Of a DNA stretch of 64,000 bases, positions 11,415-23,498 are shown piece by piece. The notes under the pieces were generated by a model. The model was not told the origin of the DNA, made no database searches, and saw only the letters and a program-made list of their open reading frames with translations. The position numbers and the translations under genes were made by a program. The stretch covers positions 16,244,001-16,308,000 of the forward strand of contig OX597827.1 of assembly GCA_951406725.2 (NCBI GenBank). The letters are read 5' to 3'. Source of the DNA: Octopus vulgaris. Lineage: Eukaryota. Numbering within the stretch: the first letter of the stretch is position 1; every line of letters starts with the position of its first letter.

Positions 11415-11892
11415 ATATGGTGTAATGCACGGGAGATAATTGCGTGCGATTTAATGAGATTTATCTCCCCGTGAGAGTATTGGAATTATTTTTGCCTAAA
11501 ACCACATTCGCCGCTTCAGTTTTGAATACAATTGCTGTATGGAGAATGAGAGGAAGGCCACATGTTGTCGTGATTCTGCATGGCTGTGTTGTCAAGAATT
11601 ATGCTTTACACCCATGTGGCTTTAGAATTCGTTCCATTCTGCGGCACTTTGTGTAAATGTTTTCTATTATAGTGTCCGGGTGAAGAATGCCATATGAGTG
11701 AATTTAGACGACGAAAACTATGTCGAAGCTCGACGTGTGTGTGTTTATGTGTGTGTTTGTGTGTGCGCCTGCGTGCACGTGAGGTGTACTTCCGGTCTGC
11801 TTGTGGTTTACCTCATTATCCATATGTTACTCTCCTCAAAGAAATTAAAAGGTTTCTTTTTTCATTCAGATCCCCGATGGCAGATAATATGC

Positions 11893-12299
11893 GGATCTTT
11901 TCGGTTTGAACGGCAGTTTTTCTAGCGGTGTCATATGAAATTGTCACCCATAATTATGACCCTAGTATCGATCTATTGCATTTCAATCTGTTTTAGGGTT
12001 AGGGGTGGGGTGAAGGGTATCTTTTTTTTCTTCACAAATGTAAATAAACCTATTCTGTTTCTTAAACGAGGGACATACGGCACGGAATGTTTTTCACCTC
12101 AATAGACGTCAATGATTGGTTGAAATTGCAGAAATTGAAGAAAAACAACAACAAATATCTTACAAACTATGGAATTTTCTCAATAAAGCGAAGAGAAAAA
12201 GATGTTTTATAAACACATTCTACCAGTATACGAAGTTTAAAAGTGTTTAGTTACGTGGATATTATTAAAAAAAAATTGCCGGTCAAACCGAAAAGATCC
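11893..12299. mobile_element. Merlin-like MITE copy
   Basis: TIRs; perfect TSD taatatgc. Confidence 0.9.
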
Positions 12300-12801
12300 T
12301 AATATGCTAAAACAAACAAACAAAAAAAAGCACCCTGTTATTGTTGCTATATGCGCGACTTAGAAATTCCCAGCATTCTAAATATTCATCTCCTTTCTAA
12401 CTTTGGCGCATGACCAGTGATTTTCAGCGATGGGAAGTCTTTTGCATCGACCCCAGTGCTCAAACGGTACTTATTTTATTGTCTCGGAACAGATGAAAGC
12501 AAAGCCAAGCTCGGCAGAATCTAAGCATTGGTATCAAATTTTGGCACAACGCCAGCAATTTCGGGGAAGGGTGTAAACTGATTACACCGAGCTCAGTACT
12601 CAACTGGTCCTTGTTTTATTGACGCTAAAAAGCAAAAAAAAAAAAAAAAGCAAAGTCGATCTTGGCAGAATTTGAACGCAGAACGTAAGGACGTACGAAA
12701 CGCTGTTAAATATCCTCTGCCAGCTCGGCGTCTTGAATTTGACTAAATATCGCAAGGTATTTTGTTCTCAATGTTCGGAAGCTATGTATAATTATCTAAA
12801 A

Positions 12802-13393
12802 CTAGCAGTATCGCCCGGCGTTGCTCGAGTTTGTAAGGGAAATAACTATATAAGCATTTTTAGAGAGTTACTTCCCCTATATAAACCGAGCAAAAAATGC
12901 ATTAATAATGCGGAAAAATGATGGTAAATTTTTTTTTTAAATCGTAGACTCATCGTAGACCCAGAAGGGCTCGATATGAATCACGGCTATAAGATACCCG
13001 CTTTTGGTTAAACTGCACCGCAAAATGTGGGAGTAGTTAGGAATCTAAATCGGAGTAGACAGACACTCACACAACTTCACTTTTATATATAACTAGCAGT
13101 ATCGCTCGGCGTTGCTCGGGTTTGTAAGGGAAATAGCTATATAAGCATTTATAGAGAGTTACTTCCCTTATATAATAGCAAAAAATGCATTAAAAATGGG
13201 AAAAAATTATGGTAAATTTTTGAAAAATCGTAGACTCATCGTAGACACGCGCAAATACCCAGAAGGGCTTGATATGAATCACAACTATAAGATACCCGCT
13301 TTTGGTTAAACTGCACCGCAAAATGTGGGAGTAGTTAGGAATCTAAATCGGAGTAGACAGACACTCACACAACTTCACTTTTATATATAAAGA
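12802..13393 (-). mobile_element. Two head-to-tail non-autonomous Helitron copies (12802-13091, 13093-13393)
   Basis: The minus strand starts 5'-TC(tttatatataaaag). Each unit ends in a GC hairpin (cccgagcaacgccggg-like) followed by CTAG. Confidence 0.8.
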
Positions 13394-13472
13394 CTATCTA
13401 AATCTAAGCAAGCAAACTCTCGTGTTTCAGTGTTGTAGTAGACTTCTGTTGTTGGCAGACTTAGAACTCAAC

Positions 13473-13677
13473 GTACTTGCTGAAAAGTTCCTGGCTTTAA
13501 GAGTATCACGAAAGGCCTGGTTGGAGGCCCAAACTTCCGACTTCTTTTCCAGGGCTTAGAAAAACTGAAGGACGACTGCAATAAGTGTGTGAATCTGAGT
13601 TGGGAATATGTTGAATAAAATCATGATTAGCTGATTTTCTTTAATCCAGGTCCAGGAACTTTTCAGCGCCCCTCGTA
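13473..13677 (+). mobile_element. Mariner-derived short deletion element
   Basis: Inverted ends gctgaaaagttcctgg / ccaggaacttttcagc...cctcgTA. The internal remnant translates GLEKLKDDCNKCVNLSWEYVE*, resembling the mariner transposase C-terminus. Confidence 0.7.
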
Positions 13678-13693
13678 CACACAAACACATACA

Positions 13694-13800
<107 letters not shown>

Positions 13801-14348
13801 AGGAGCAGGTGTGCTTATGTGATAAGAAGTTTGACCACTAAACAATATGATTCCGAGTTCAGTTCCGTTGCGTGGCAAGGCATGTGTCTCCTGCGAAACA
13901 TACCTACCTACATATAAATACACAATACTTAATAAAAAGGGTTCAGCAAAGATTTGCTTTACCACATACCGAAGTTTAGAAACAGCAGCCAAAAATCTTA
14001 GCTATTTCTTCTACTTTAAAAAGGGACTCCTAGAGAAACCCAAATGCTTGAAAATAATTCACACAGGCAGAGAGTAAAGCAACGAAAATCAATCAATATC
14101 ATATCAATATCCATGGACGCGCGTTTCGGAATTAGGTATGCATAAAGAATATAAAATTATACTTTACCAACCAATTTCTTCATCAGCATGGCATTCCACA
14201 ATAATTCGAGGGTACTAGAATAATTGAATATATCTCTCCACCTAACGGTATCAGACAGATCATATTCAGTGTTATTACCGCCGAATTCAAAATATGAATG
14301 AGGTTCGCTTAGCTTCCCCCGTATAAATATACGTGTATATACATACAT

Positions 14349-14660
14349 GTGGAGGCACAATGGCCCAGTGGTTAGGGCAGCGGACTCGCGGTCGCAGGAT
14401 CGCGGTTTCGATTCCCAGACCGGGCGTTGTGAGTGTTTATTGAGCGAAAACACTTAAAAAAGCTCCACGAGGCTCCGGCAGGGGGTGGTGATCCCTGCTG
14501 TACTCTTTCGCCACAACTTTCCCTCACTCTTTCTTCTGTTGGCCTGCTCGCTTAGCCTGCGAGGTGGCGTCATTTGAAGGCTAAAACAATGCGAAGCGCA
14601 TTGTGACCAGCGATGTGTAACAACATCTGATGGTCTGGTCGGTCCCGTGATCCCGTGATA
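14349..14660 (+). mobile_element. SINE family B (tRNA-derived head), tail type 1
   Basis: ggaggcacaatggcccagtggttagggcagcggactcg...ggtttcgattccc contains pol III A/B boxes and is multicopy in the window. Confidence 0.85.
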
Positions 14661-14897
14661 TACATACATACACCTACACCCACACCCACACAAAAATATC
14701 CCTTCCAGCTCACATGCACCCACACCTCCGCATATGCACGCCCCCCACCAACGTTGCCACCAAACGTCCACTTTCCATGTGGACGCTAAACAACGACGAT
14801 GATAATGATGGATGTATGCACAAATATATGGGTACATACCAAGCAGAAAAATACACACGCGGCGGTATGTGTGTGCATATACATATTTATATACATA

Positions 14898-15296
14898 CTA
14901 GCAGTATCGCCCGGCGTTGCTCGGGTTTGTAAGGGAAATAACTATATAAGCATTTTTAGAGAGTTATAGCCAAAAAATAGCAAAAAATGCATTAAAAATG
15001 GAAACAAAATGACGGTAAATTTTTTTTAAATCGTTGACTCATCGTAGACATTTTTAGAGAGTTACTTCCCTTATATAATAGCGAAAAAATGCATTAAAAT
15101 GGAAACAAATGATAGTAAATTTTTTTAAAAATCGTAGACTCATCGTAGACGCGCGCTAATACCCAGAAGGGCTCGATATGAATCACGACTATAAGATACC
15201 CGCTTTTGGTTAAACTGCACCGCAAAATGTGGGAGTAGTTAGGAATCTAAATCGTAGGAGACAGACAGCACACAACCTCACTTTTATATATAAAGA
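14898..15296 (-). mobile_element. Non-autonomous Helitron copy
   Basis: A|TC...hairpin-CTAG|T on the minus strand; same family as 12802-13393, with an internal duplication. Confidence 0.85.
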
Positions 15297-15405
15297 TATA
15301 TCCATGCACATGTATACATACATGTACGCACACATGCGCATGTGCATGTATCACACCTGTATACTTACATATACCGACATACATATACCTACATACACAT
15401 GCATG

Positions 15406-15446
<41 letters not shown>

Positions 15447-15624
15447 ACACTTGTGTATACGTATCTACACTACTCAAGTATTTAAGCTCACATGTACATT
15501 GTGGGGAGAGGGTTTAGTGAAATGGTAGGTTACCTCTGAGGGTTGTTCTCTTCAACGATCGAATGGTTGAAAGTGTGGGTGTTATCCACTTCTATTTGCA
15601 TATATATATACATATGCATATATA

Positions 15625-15665
<41 letters not shown>

Positions 15666-15731
15666 ATAAAAATGGTAAGACAACAATAGAATGAAAGAGA
15701 CCTCGATATTATGTAAATGGAGGAATTTATC

Positions 15732-15879
15732 TGTAACAATTATTCGGTAGCCATGATAAAACTCCGAGTTTCGGATGCCAAGTTGGAAATCCACGGATAT
15801 CTGAAGAGATGGCGGCGTGGATTTCCACCTCGGCATCCGAAACTCGGAGTTTTATCATGGCTACCGAATAATTGTCACA
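15732..15879. repeat. Foldback (arms ~63 bp) containing a hammerhead-like motif; probable Penelope-like terminal remnant
   Basis: 15732-15795 is the near-perfect reverse complement of 15817-15879. CTGAAGA is at 15801 and GAAA at 15839. Confidence 0.75.
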
Positions 15880-15881
15880 TA

Positions 15882-15939
<58 letters not shown>

Positions 15940-15942
15940 TGG

Positions 15943-15993
<51 letters not shown>

Positions 15994-17024
15994 TAATCAA
16001 AATAAATTAATCAAAATAAGAACATGATGCCAAGGATTCAGCGGTACATATGTTTCGGGCCTTTATTAGACGGATTTATAACAATGCATAATGTGTGTCT
16101 ATGGCCTTCTTCAGCCGCGCACAATTACTACCTCAAGGACATGTATTACATCAAACATTCTACGTTGGGGATGCAAATCCTCTCATTCGCGTACGACATA
16201 ATGCGGCAACAGCATAAAAATGAAGCGTCCGTCTCGTCCTTCTCCCAATGTAGAATGAGGAAGTTTATATGTTGAGGTAATATAAATAAATGAATAAATA
16301 AATATATACATATATAAATACCGACAGACGTGAAGGAACCTGGTAATAAGAGTAAATAGGGATAAAGATGGAGGGGCGAGAATTCAGGACGAAGGATAAA
16401 AAAAATATAAAAATGTGAAAAATAAGAATATAAGTATAGAAAAATATGAAAATATAGAGTATAAAGATATAAAGAGATATAAAAAAATATAAATGAATAT
16501 ATAGATATAAAGTTATAAAAAAATATAAAAAAAATTATCAGAAATATAAAGGATATAAGAATATAGAAATGTAAAAGAATATAAGGATAAGGGATATAAA
16601 ATTGTTACGGACCAACATGGTGGTCAGGAAAATGACAAATTCTGGTTGTAGAAGCCGTGGGTGTCATAAATCAACCGGGGCGTCTGGGGACCTAGTGTAT
16701 TGTAAATTAGAGTTGTTTGGTTAAACCGCTTATCTAGTTCCTCGTAACGTATCAAGTGGTCATCATGTACATACGTACACGCATGGATACATACACCCAT
16801 ATACACGCGTACATATACGCACGCATACGCAACTACACGCATACAAGCATACATACGTACTCTCGTGTAAACATATACAGATACATATGGAAAAAGGCGC
16901 ATGTAGTTGGGTACACGAACCGACGCGCACACGTACGTATATACATACACGCACATGCGTTCATATAGGCCCACTCGCACTTACACGCATGCACAAGACG
17001 AAGTGAATCTCTATGCGTGTGGGC

Positions 17025-17056
<32 letters not shown>

Positions 17057-17069
17057 AAAAAAGAGAGGA

Positions 17070-20000
17070 TCCCGTTATTCGTTGAGGGTTGGAATATCAT
17101 ATTTTTGTGTTCATATCTCCTGATGAAGAATTCTTCTTTATATTGCCGGAAATGTTCGTTGTCCAACCATAACTTAAAGAAGGGGAAGATTGCGAATTTT
17201 CCCTCTCCGCATGGTGCGAAGTGTCCACTGCAAGTGGTGTTTTCTGACAGAGGGGGTCTTTAATTTGTTGTTCGTGTACACGAATTCGGTCATATAGTCC
17301 CGTGCCGCTTTCGCTAATATAGTACTCTTTACGTGGTGGGCAAGTTGCACAGTAAATTAAGTTTTTCGTTTTGCAATTCACGTTTGCATTGATTTTGAAA
17401 ATCTCATTGCTTTTAAAGGAGATTTGTCCATTCCCTTCAATGTATTCACAAGTTCCGCATCGAGGGCCCCCGCATTTTTTAACTTGCATTGTTTCAATGT
17501 TAGATGCAAATTTCGCCTTGGTGAGTAGTGTTTTAAAGTTTTGTTCTCGGAGTCTGCTATATATTATTTGTGAGTCTTTTGTGAGTGCATTCATTTTGAG
17601 GGGTTCCTGGAGAATCGGGAGATATTGTATGGCGGCTTTCACAATTTTGAAGCTCCTTGGGTTGTGAGTGACCCCACAAAAAGGATGACTGTTTTGTCCT
17701 TTTTATTTTTTTGGCTTTTTTTTCTTAGTGTTGTCACTGGAATGTTCTGGACTTTAGTGATGGCTGTATTGATAAGGTTCACCGGATATTCTTGTCTTTT
17801 AAGGAACCATTTTAGTTCATGTAATCTTTTTTCCTGTACTGTGACCTGTGTTACTACGGTGCAGATGCGTCTTGCCATGTTAAAAGGAATGTTCCTTTTG
17901 GTATGTGAGGGGTGTGCTGATCGGACATTTAAGTATTGGTGTGTGTCTGTTGGTTTGTAAAATAGGTCTGTTTGGACATTTTCCCTTCTTTAATAAGGAT
18001 ATCCAGAAACGGTAGTTTCTTTCTACTACATTCCATGGTGAATTGCATTGCTTCATGAAACCTGTTTATGATGGAATGGAATATTTGCAGGTCTTCTTAG
18101 TTTCTATCACAGAAGATGAAGCAATCGTCTAGTTAACGTTTCCAGTTGTTATTAATGTAGGTGGCGAAGTCCTAACTGAACGTTTCCTGCATCTGGGAAT
18201 ATAGTTTTATCTCTAGGTATCCCATAACGAGTTTTGCATATGTTAGGGCTACTTCTGTACCCATGGCTGTTCCTTTTATTTGCAAATATAGTTCGTTATC
18301 AAAGAGGAAGTGGTTGTTCTCCAATGTTAATTAAATTGAGTCCTTCCAAAGTAAACTTTTTCGCGAATCTCTCTGAAATGGAATCTGGTTGTTTTGTAAT
18401 CCAGAAGTCAAGAGCTTCAATTCCTAAGTCGTGTGAGATGTTAGTATATAATCTTGTCACATCAAAACTAAGATTGTGTCTTGGTGTACTTTCTAGAGGA
18501 TATAGTTCAGGAATTCCATATCATCTCTGATGTAGCTTGGCACTTTTTTTTACATAGGGGTTCCATAGTGATGTCTAATTAGTTGTTTAGACGTTGTGTG
18601 CTTGAGGCTGGACCAGCAACAATTGGACGTATCTGTCGGTTTTGGTACCTCGACATATGATGTATTTTTACCGTTTATGTTGTTTTGGATTTCTTTGGAT
18701 TTGTGCGCTTTCGGTAATCCATAAACATTGCTGGTTTTAATTTCAAAGTTCGTTAAGTAATTGATTTCCTTTAATGTGAGGTAATTTTGGTGCTTTGTTG
18801 TCAAGTTTACCTGCTTTAATCATTGAATCTTCTCTTCGCATTTGTTGATTTTCCTGTAAAACCCCTCGTCATTCAACTGTTCTAGGATCATATCTTTGTA
18901 GTGGTTTCTGTCCATGACAACGATTGCTCCAACTTCAACAGCTTCTTTTACGATTATTGATGAGTCTTTTTGAAGCTTGTATAGTGTTAGAAGTTGGTCT
19001 GTAGGGATGTTGCATTTGTGCATCGTCTCTGCAATATTTGACTGCACCGATCGTCGTAGGCAGGTTATGTATTCTTCCAGGTGTCTGTCTTTATTTAGCT
19101 AGGGTTTGATGTTCTTTTTGTTCTTTTGAAGTTCTTTTGAAGTTCTAGTGACTCCTTGTGTTCTACACTCTGAAAAAATTCTCCTAGACGTAATTTGCGA
19201 CGAAAATCTTCTGTGTCTTTTATAAAACCGGTTTGATCTGCTTTCGGGGTGGTTGTGAACTCCAGTCCGTTTTCTAATAATTTGATTTCTTGTTGTGCTA
19301 ATTTCTTGGCCGATATGTTGATTATTTTTGGTGCTTGTAGTTTTTTTTTCGTTAAGGGTGATATTTTTTTTTCTTGTTTTCTCTCATATGGTGGAAGCAC
19401 CTTGTCCTAAAAAAGAATTCCCATTTGGGAGAAGGTTGTTTCTGTCGTGGTGAAATATTCTGTTCGCTGGCATTTCATGGTGATAATGTTCTGAGTGGTA
19501 GAATTTTGTTTGGTGGTTAATATGTGGGGGTTTGGTTCTTCTGTTGTTCCATTCGTTCTTCATATATCATTGATTTTGTCTATCGTACTTGCTCTTGGGG
19601 TTTTGACGGTAGTTGTATCTGGTTCCGGTGTTTGGTATTGGGTCTGTGTATAATTGTGTGCTTAGGATTCTCCGATTTCTGGTTGAAGTTTGCTTATTGC
19701 GTGAGAATTCTTCAGTTCTTGGGTTTTTGAATTTTCTCAAGTTTGAGAGCTTCTTATGGTTTTTTTTTCTGGGTTGTATTTGATCTTTTCCATAGTTCTT
19801 TTCATATTTTTGTAGCCATTTTCTTTGATTTTAATTCCTCTCTGGTTGTATCGGTCTTCCATAGGTCAAAGAGTTTTTCTCGCACGTTGCCACTGCTTCT
19901 TTCGTTTATTTATCCTGGAATGGTGTTGTCGCTCTTTTCAAATTTTTCTTTGAATTTTGGCACTCTTAGACGGAGAAGGGTGACTTCAGTCTCAAGTCTC

Positions 20001-20225
20001 TGGAGTGCTAGATTTAGTCTTATCTTGGTCTCTACATTTGTTTCCGATGTTATCTCTTTGATACGGAATTTTCTCGGGAGGACGACTTGTTCCTTACTTC
20101 GTCATATCTCGTATGTGTCTGCAAGGTTTTCACTTCGTAAAGCTTTCCAGTCTACCTGTTTTCTTTGACTTAGTAATCGGTTCCAAATATTTTTCATTTG
20201 TGTTCTTTTCTTGAGAGCTTCTTTT
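17070..20225 (-). mobile_element. Decayed Penelope-like retroelement (RT + GIY-YIG endonuclease; Cys-rich linker, Neptune-like)
   Basis: Frameshifted fragments include YGLPKAHK, KGTAMGT, WKR*LDDCF, KPTDTHQYL...HP and CGGPRCGTC...NLIYCATC...YISESG...RIRVH. It has many stops and is flanked by (TA)n. Confidence 0.9.
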
Positions 20226-20275
20226 ACGTATATATATATATATATATATACTCTTTATATATATATATATATATT

Positions 20276-20673
20276 ACTCTTTACTCTTTTACTTGTTTCA
20301 GTCATTTGACTGCGGCCATGCTGGAGCACCGCCTTTAGTCGAGCAAATCGACCCCAGGGCTTATTCTTTGTAAGCCCAGTACTTATTCTATCGGTCTCTT
20401 TTGCCAAACCGCTAAGTGACGGGGACGTAAACACACCAGCATCGGTTGTCAAGCAATACTACAGGGACAAACACAGACACACAAACACATATATATATAT
20501 ACATATATACGACAGGGTTCTTTCAGTTTCCGTCTACCAAATCCACTCACAAGGCTTTGGTCGGCCCGGGGCTATAGCAGAAGACACTTGCCCAAGATGC
20601 CACGCAGTGGGACTGAACCCGAAACCATGTGGTTGGTTAGCAAGCTACTTACCACACAGCCACTCCTGCGCCT
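20276..20673 (-). mobile_element. SINE family C
   Basis: Full-length homologue of 3956-4326 and 51640-52058. Confidence 0.85.
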
Positions 20674-20680
20674 ATATATA

Positions 20681-20720
<40 letters not shown>

Positions 20721-21607
20721 TTGGCCAGCTCGCTTAGCCAGCGGGGTGGCGTCATTTGAAGGCTAAAACAATGCGAAGTGCATTGTGACCAGCGATGTGT
20801 AACAACATCTGATGGCCTGGTCGATCACGTGATCACGTGATATATAAATATATACATACACATATATACATATATATATGTAGTGAATCTTGCAGGCATG
20901 AAGTGGATTCGATCCTAGATAGCCAAATTTAAATGAACACTTCAACAGAACTTTTCTCACGGTGGAACAATGGTTTTTCAGTGACAGCAGTTTTATATTT
21001 TCCAAATGCCTTTAGCTAGGCCGAAATAATGTCTTCACCACTTGACCCTGCTAATCTCTTCCACTTCACCAAAAGCTAGAATAGAGATATCGCAGTACCA
21101 CCAACGAAGCCCATTGTTCTCAACGACATGTCTATCATTCTGGATAGTTATAAAACCAAGAACCCCCAAGCAAAAATCAATGAGTCACTTTGGTGACAAC
21201 TCTTGAGTTGAGAGAGTGCTAACATCAGTTAGTGAACAGACTACTAGACTCATGGAAGCAGGCAGACAAACGACCAGAGGGAAAAAAGAAAAACAACGTC
21301 CCACACTCCTTCACTCTTACTAGCTCTAATTCTGTTCTCTTACAACATCATTCTATCTCTCTCTGTGACTGCTACTACTACACTGTGATGAGAACACAAA
21401 CACAAACTATGCCAGGAAACTCTCCATCTATCTTTACTTCACACGCTTTTACGATTTTATCACCTGTCCGTCGAGGCAAGGTATTGTATAATGTAACGGG
21501 TAAAAATAAAGATTTCCTTAAAACTTCATGCATTGTTCATCTTTCATCCTTACATAATAAAGAATCTCAATCGTTTTACAAATATCAACCGTTACACACA
21601 CACACAC

Positions 21608-21660
<53 letters not shown>

Positions 21661-21666
<6 letters not shown>

Positions 21667-21965
21667 CGTGATCACCGTGACCGACCAGGCTATCAGATGT
21701 TGCTATACATCGCTGGTCACAATGCGCTTCACATTGTTTTAGCCTTCAAATGACGCCACCCCGCTGGCTGAGCGAGCAGGCCAACAGAAGAAAGAGTGAG
21801 AGAAAGGCGTGCCGAAAGAGTACAGCAGGGATCGCCACCACCCCCTGCCGGAGCCTCGTGGAGCTTCAAGTGTTTTCGCTCAATAAACACTCACAACGCC
21901 CGGTCTGGGAATCGAAACCGCGATCTTACGACCGCGAGTCCGCTGCCCTAACTACTAGGCCATTG
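21661..21965 (-). mobile_element. SINE family B, tail type 1
   Basis: Reverse complement of the 14349/62594 type. An isolated tail fragment also lies at 20721-20842 (+). Confidence 0.85.
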
Positions 21966-22200
21966 CTATCATTTAATTTTCTTTTTTGTTAAAAGTGTCT
22001 ACAAACACAGCCAGGCTGAAATAATACATTCTTCCAGAAGTGAATAAAAATCTCTCAAACCTGAGGAGACGGGCCCCTTAGATACTAACATGGGCCTCCA
22101 TATAGCACAGGGGCCCATTTTCCATTGGGCAAACTGGCAACCTAGCCAGTCCACCACTGCACACTTATGTATTTCATGTGATGTTCCGAAGCGATGAGCA

Positions 22201-22420
22201 TTACTCTCTTTACTCTTTGACTTGTTCAGTCATGTGACTGTGACCATGCTGGAGCACCGCCTTTAGTCGATCAAATCGATCCCAGGACTTATTCTTTGTA
22301 AGCCTAGTACTTATTTTATCGGTCTCTTTTTTTTTACTGAACCGCTAAGTCACGGGGACGTAAACACACCAGCATCGGTAGTCAAGCGATGTTGGGGGGA
22401 CAAACACAGACGCACAAACA

Positions 22421-22451
<31 letters not shown>

Positions 22452-22633
22452 GCATATATATATATATACATGACGGGCTTCTTTCAGTTTCCGTCTACCA
22501 AATCCACTCACAAAGCTTTGGTCGGCCCGAGGCTATAGTAGAAGACACTTACCCAAGGTGCCACGCAGTGGAACTGAACCCGGAACCATGTGGTTCGTAA
22601 GCAAGCTACTTACCACACAGCCACTCCAACGCC
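22201..22633 (-). mobile_element. SINE family C
   Basis: Homologous to 20276-20673. Confidence 0.85.
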
Positions 22634-22860
22634 AACTACAACCGAAGTACTTTTAATCTATGTAAGAGTATCCGTGTAAGAGGAGTAAGGTCAGGTTGGC
22701 TTGCACTGGTATAAAGCCGTATAAAATACTGTACAATACTAAAAGCAAATCATGATATTGTTTTGAATGCATTAAATACGTTTCAGATAATTATGCAAGA
22801 GAAAAGAAGGAATTTCTCTCTTACGCAACATCTTCGTCAGTTACCACATTTCAAAATAAG

Positions 22861-22934
<74 letters not shown>

Positions 22935-23022
22935 CCTGTCTCTCTGTTTGTCTATCTATCTATACACACGTATATATGCATATACATATTTATATACATA
23001 CACATATGCATATATACATACG

Positions 23023-23087
<65 letters not shown>

Positions 23088-23498
23088 CTGAACGCAGATT
23101 GAACAGAAATCGTTTTATTTCATTCTACACGTGTTTCGAAAGGCACAATTTACCAAAATCCGATTGAATAATGGGACCATATTGTGTCTTTCTCTTCAGG
23201 AAGAAATAGGTTAGCTAGGTTTTTTAATAGAATGGGCATGAGGCTGGACCAGCAACAATTGGACGTATCTGTCGGTTTTGATACCTCGACATATGATGCC
23301 TACGACGATCGGTGCAGTCAAATATTGCAGAGACGATGCACAAATGCAACATCCCTACAGACCAACTTCTAACACTATACAAGCTTCAAAAGGACTCATC
23401 AATAATCGTAAAAGAAGCTGTTGAAGTTGGAGCAATCGTTGTCATGGACAGAAACCACTTCAAAGATATGATCCTAGAACAGTTGAATGACGAGGGGT

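Larger units (their letters stand above)
6095..11612 (+). repeat. Old local tandem segmental duplication (A 6095-7000, B 7961-8420, A' 8488-10133, B' 10725-11612)
   Basis: Colinear similarity, e.g. gaaattgtttgaagg...cacaagtttcgagta.ttccatgtcattgc in both A copies and ccagagagtttgacgagatgac...ccactgaaa in both B copies. A' and B' carry later insertions. Confidence 0.8.
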
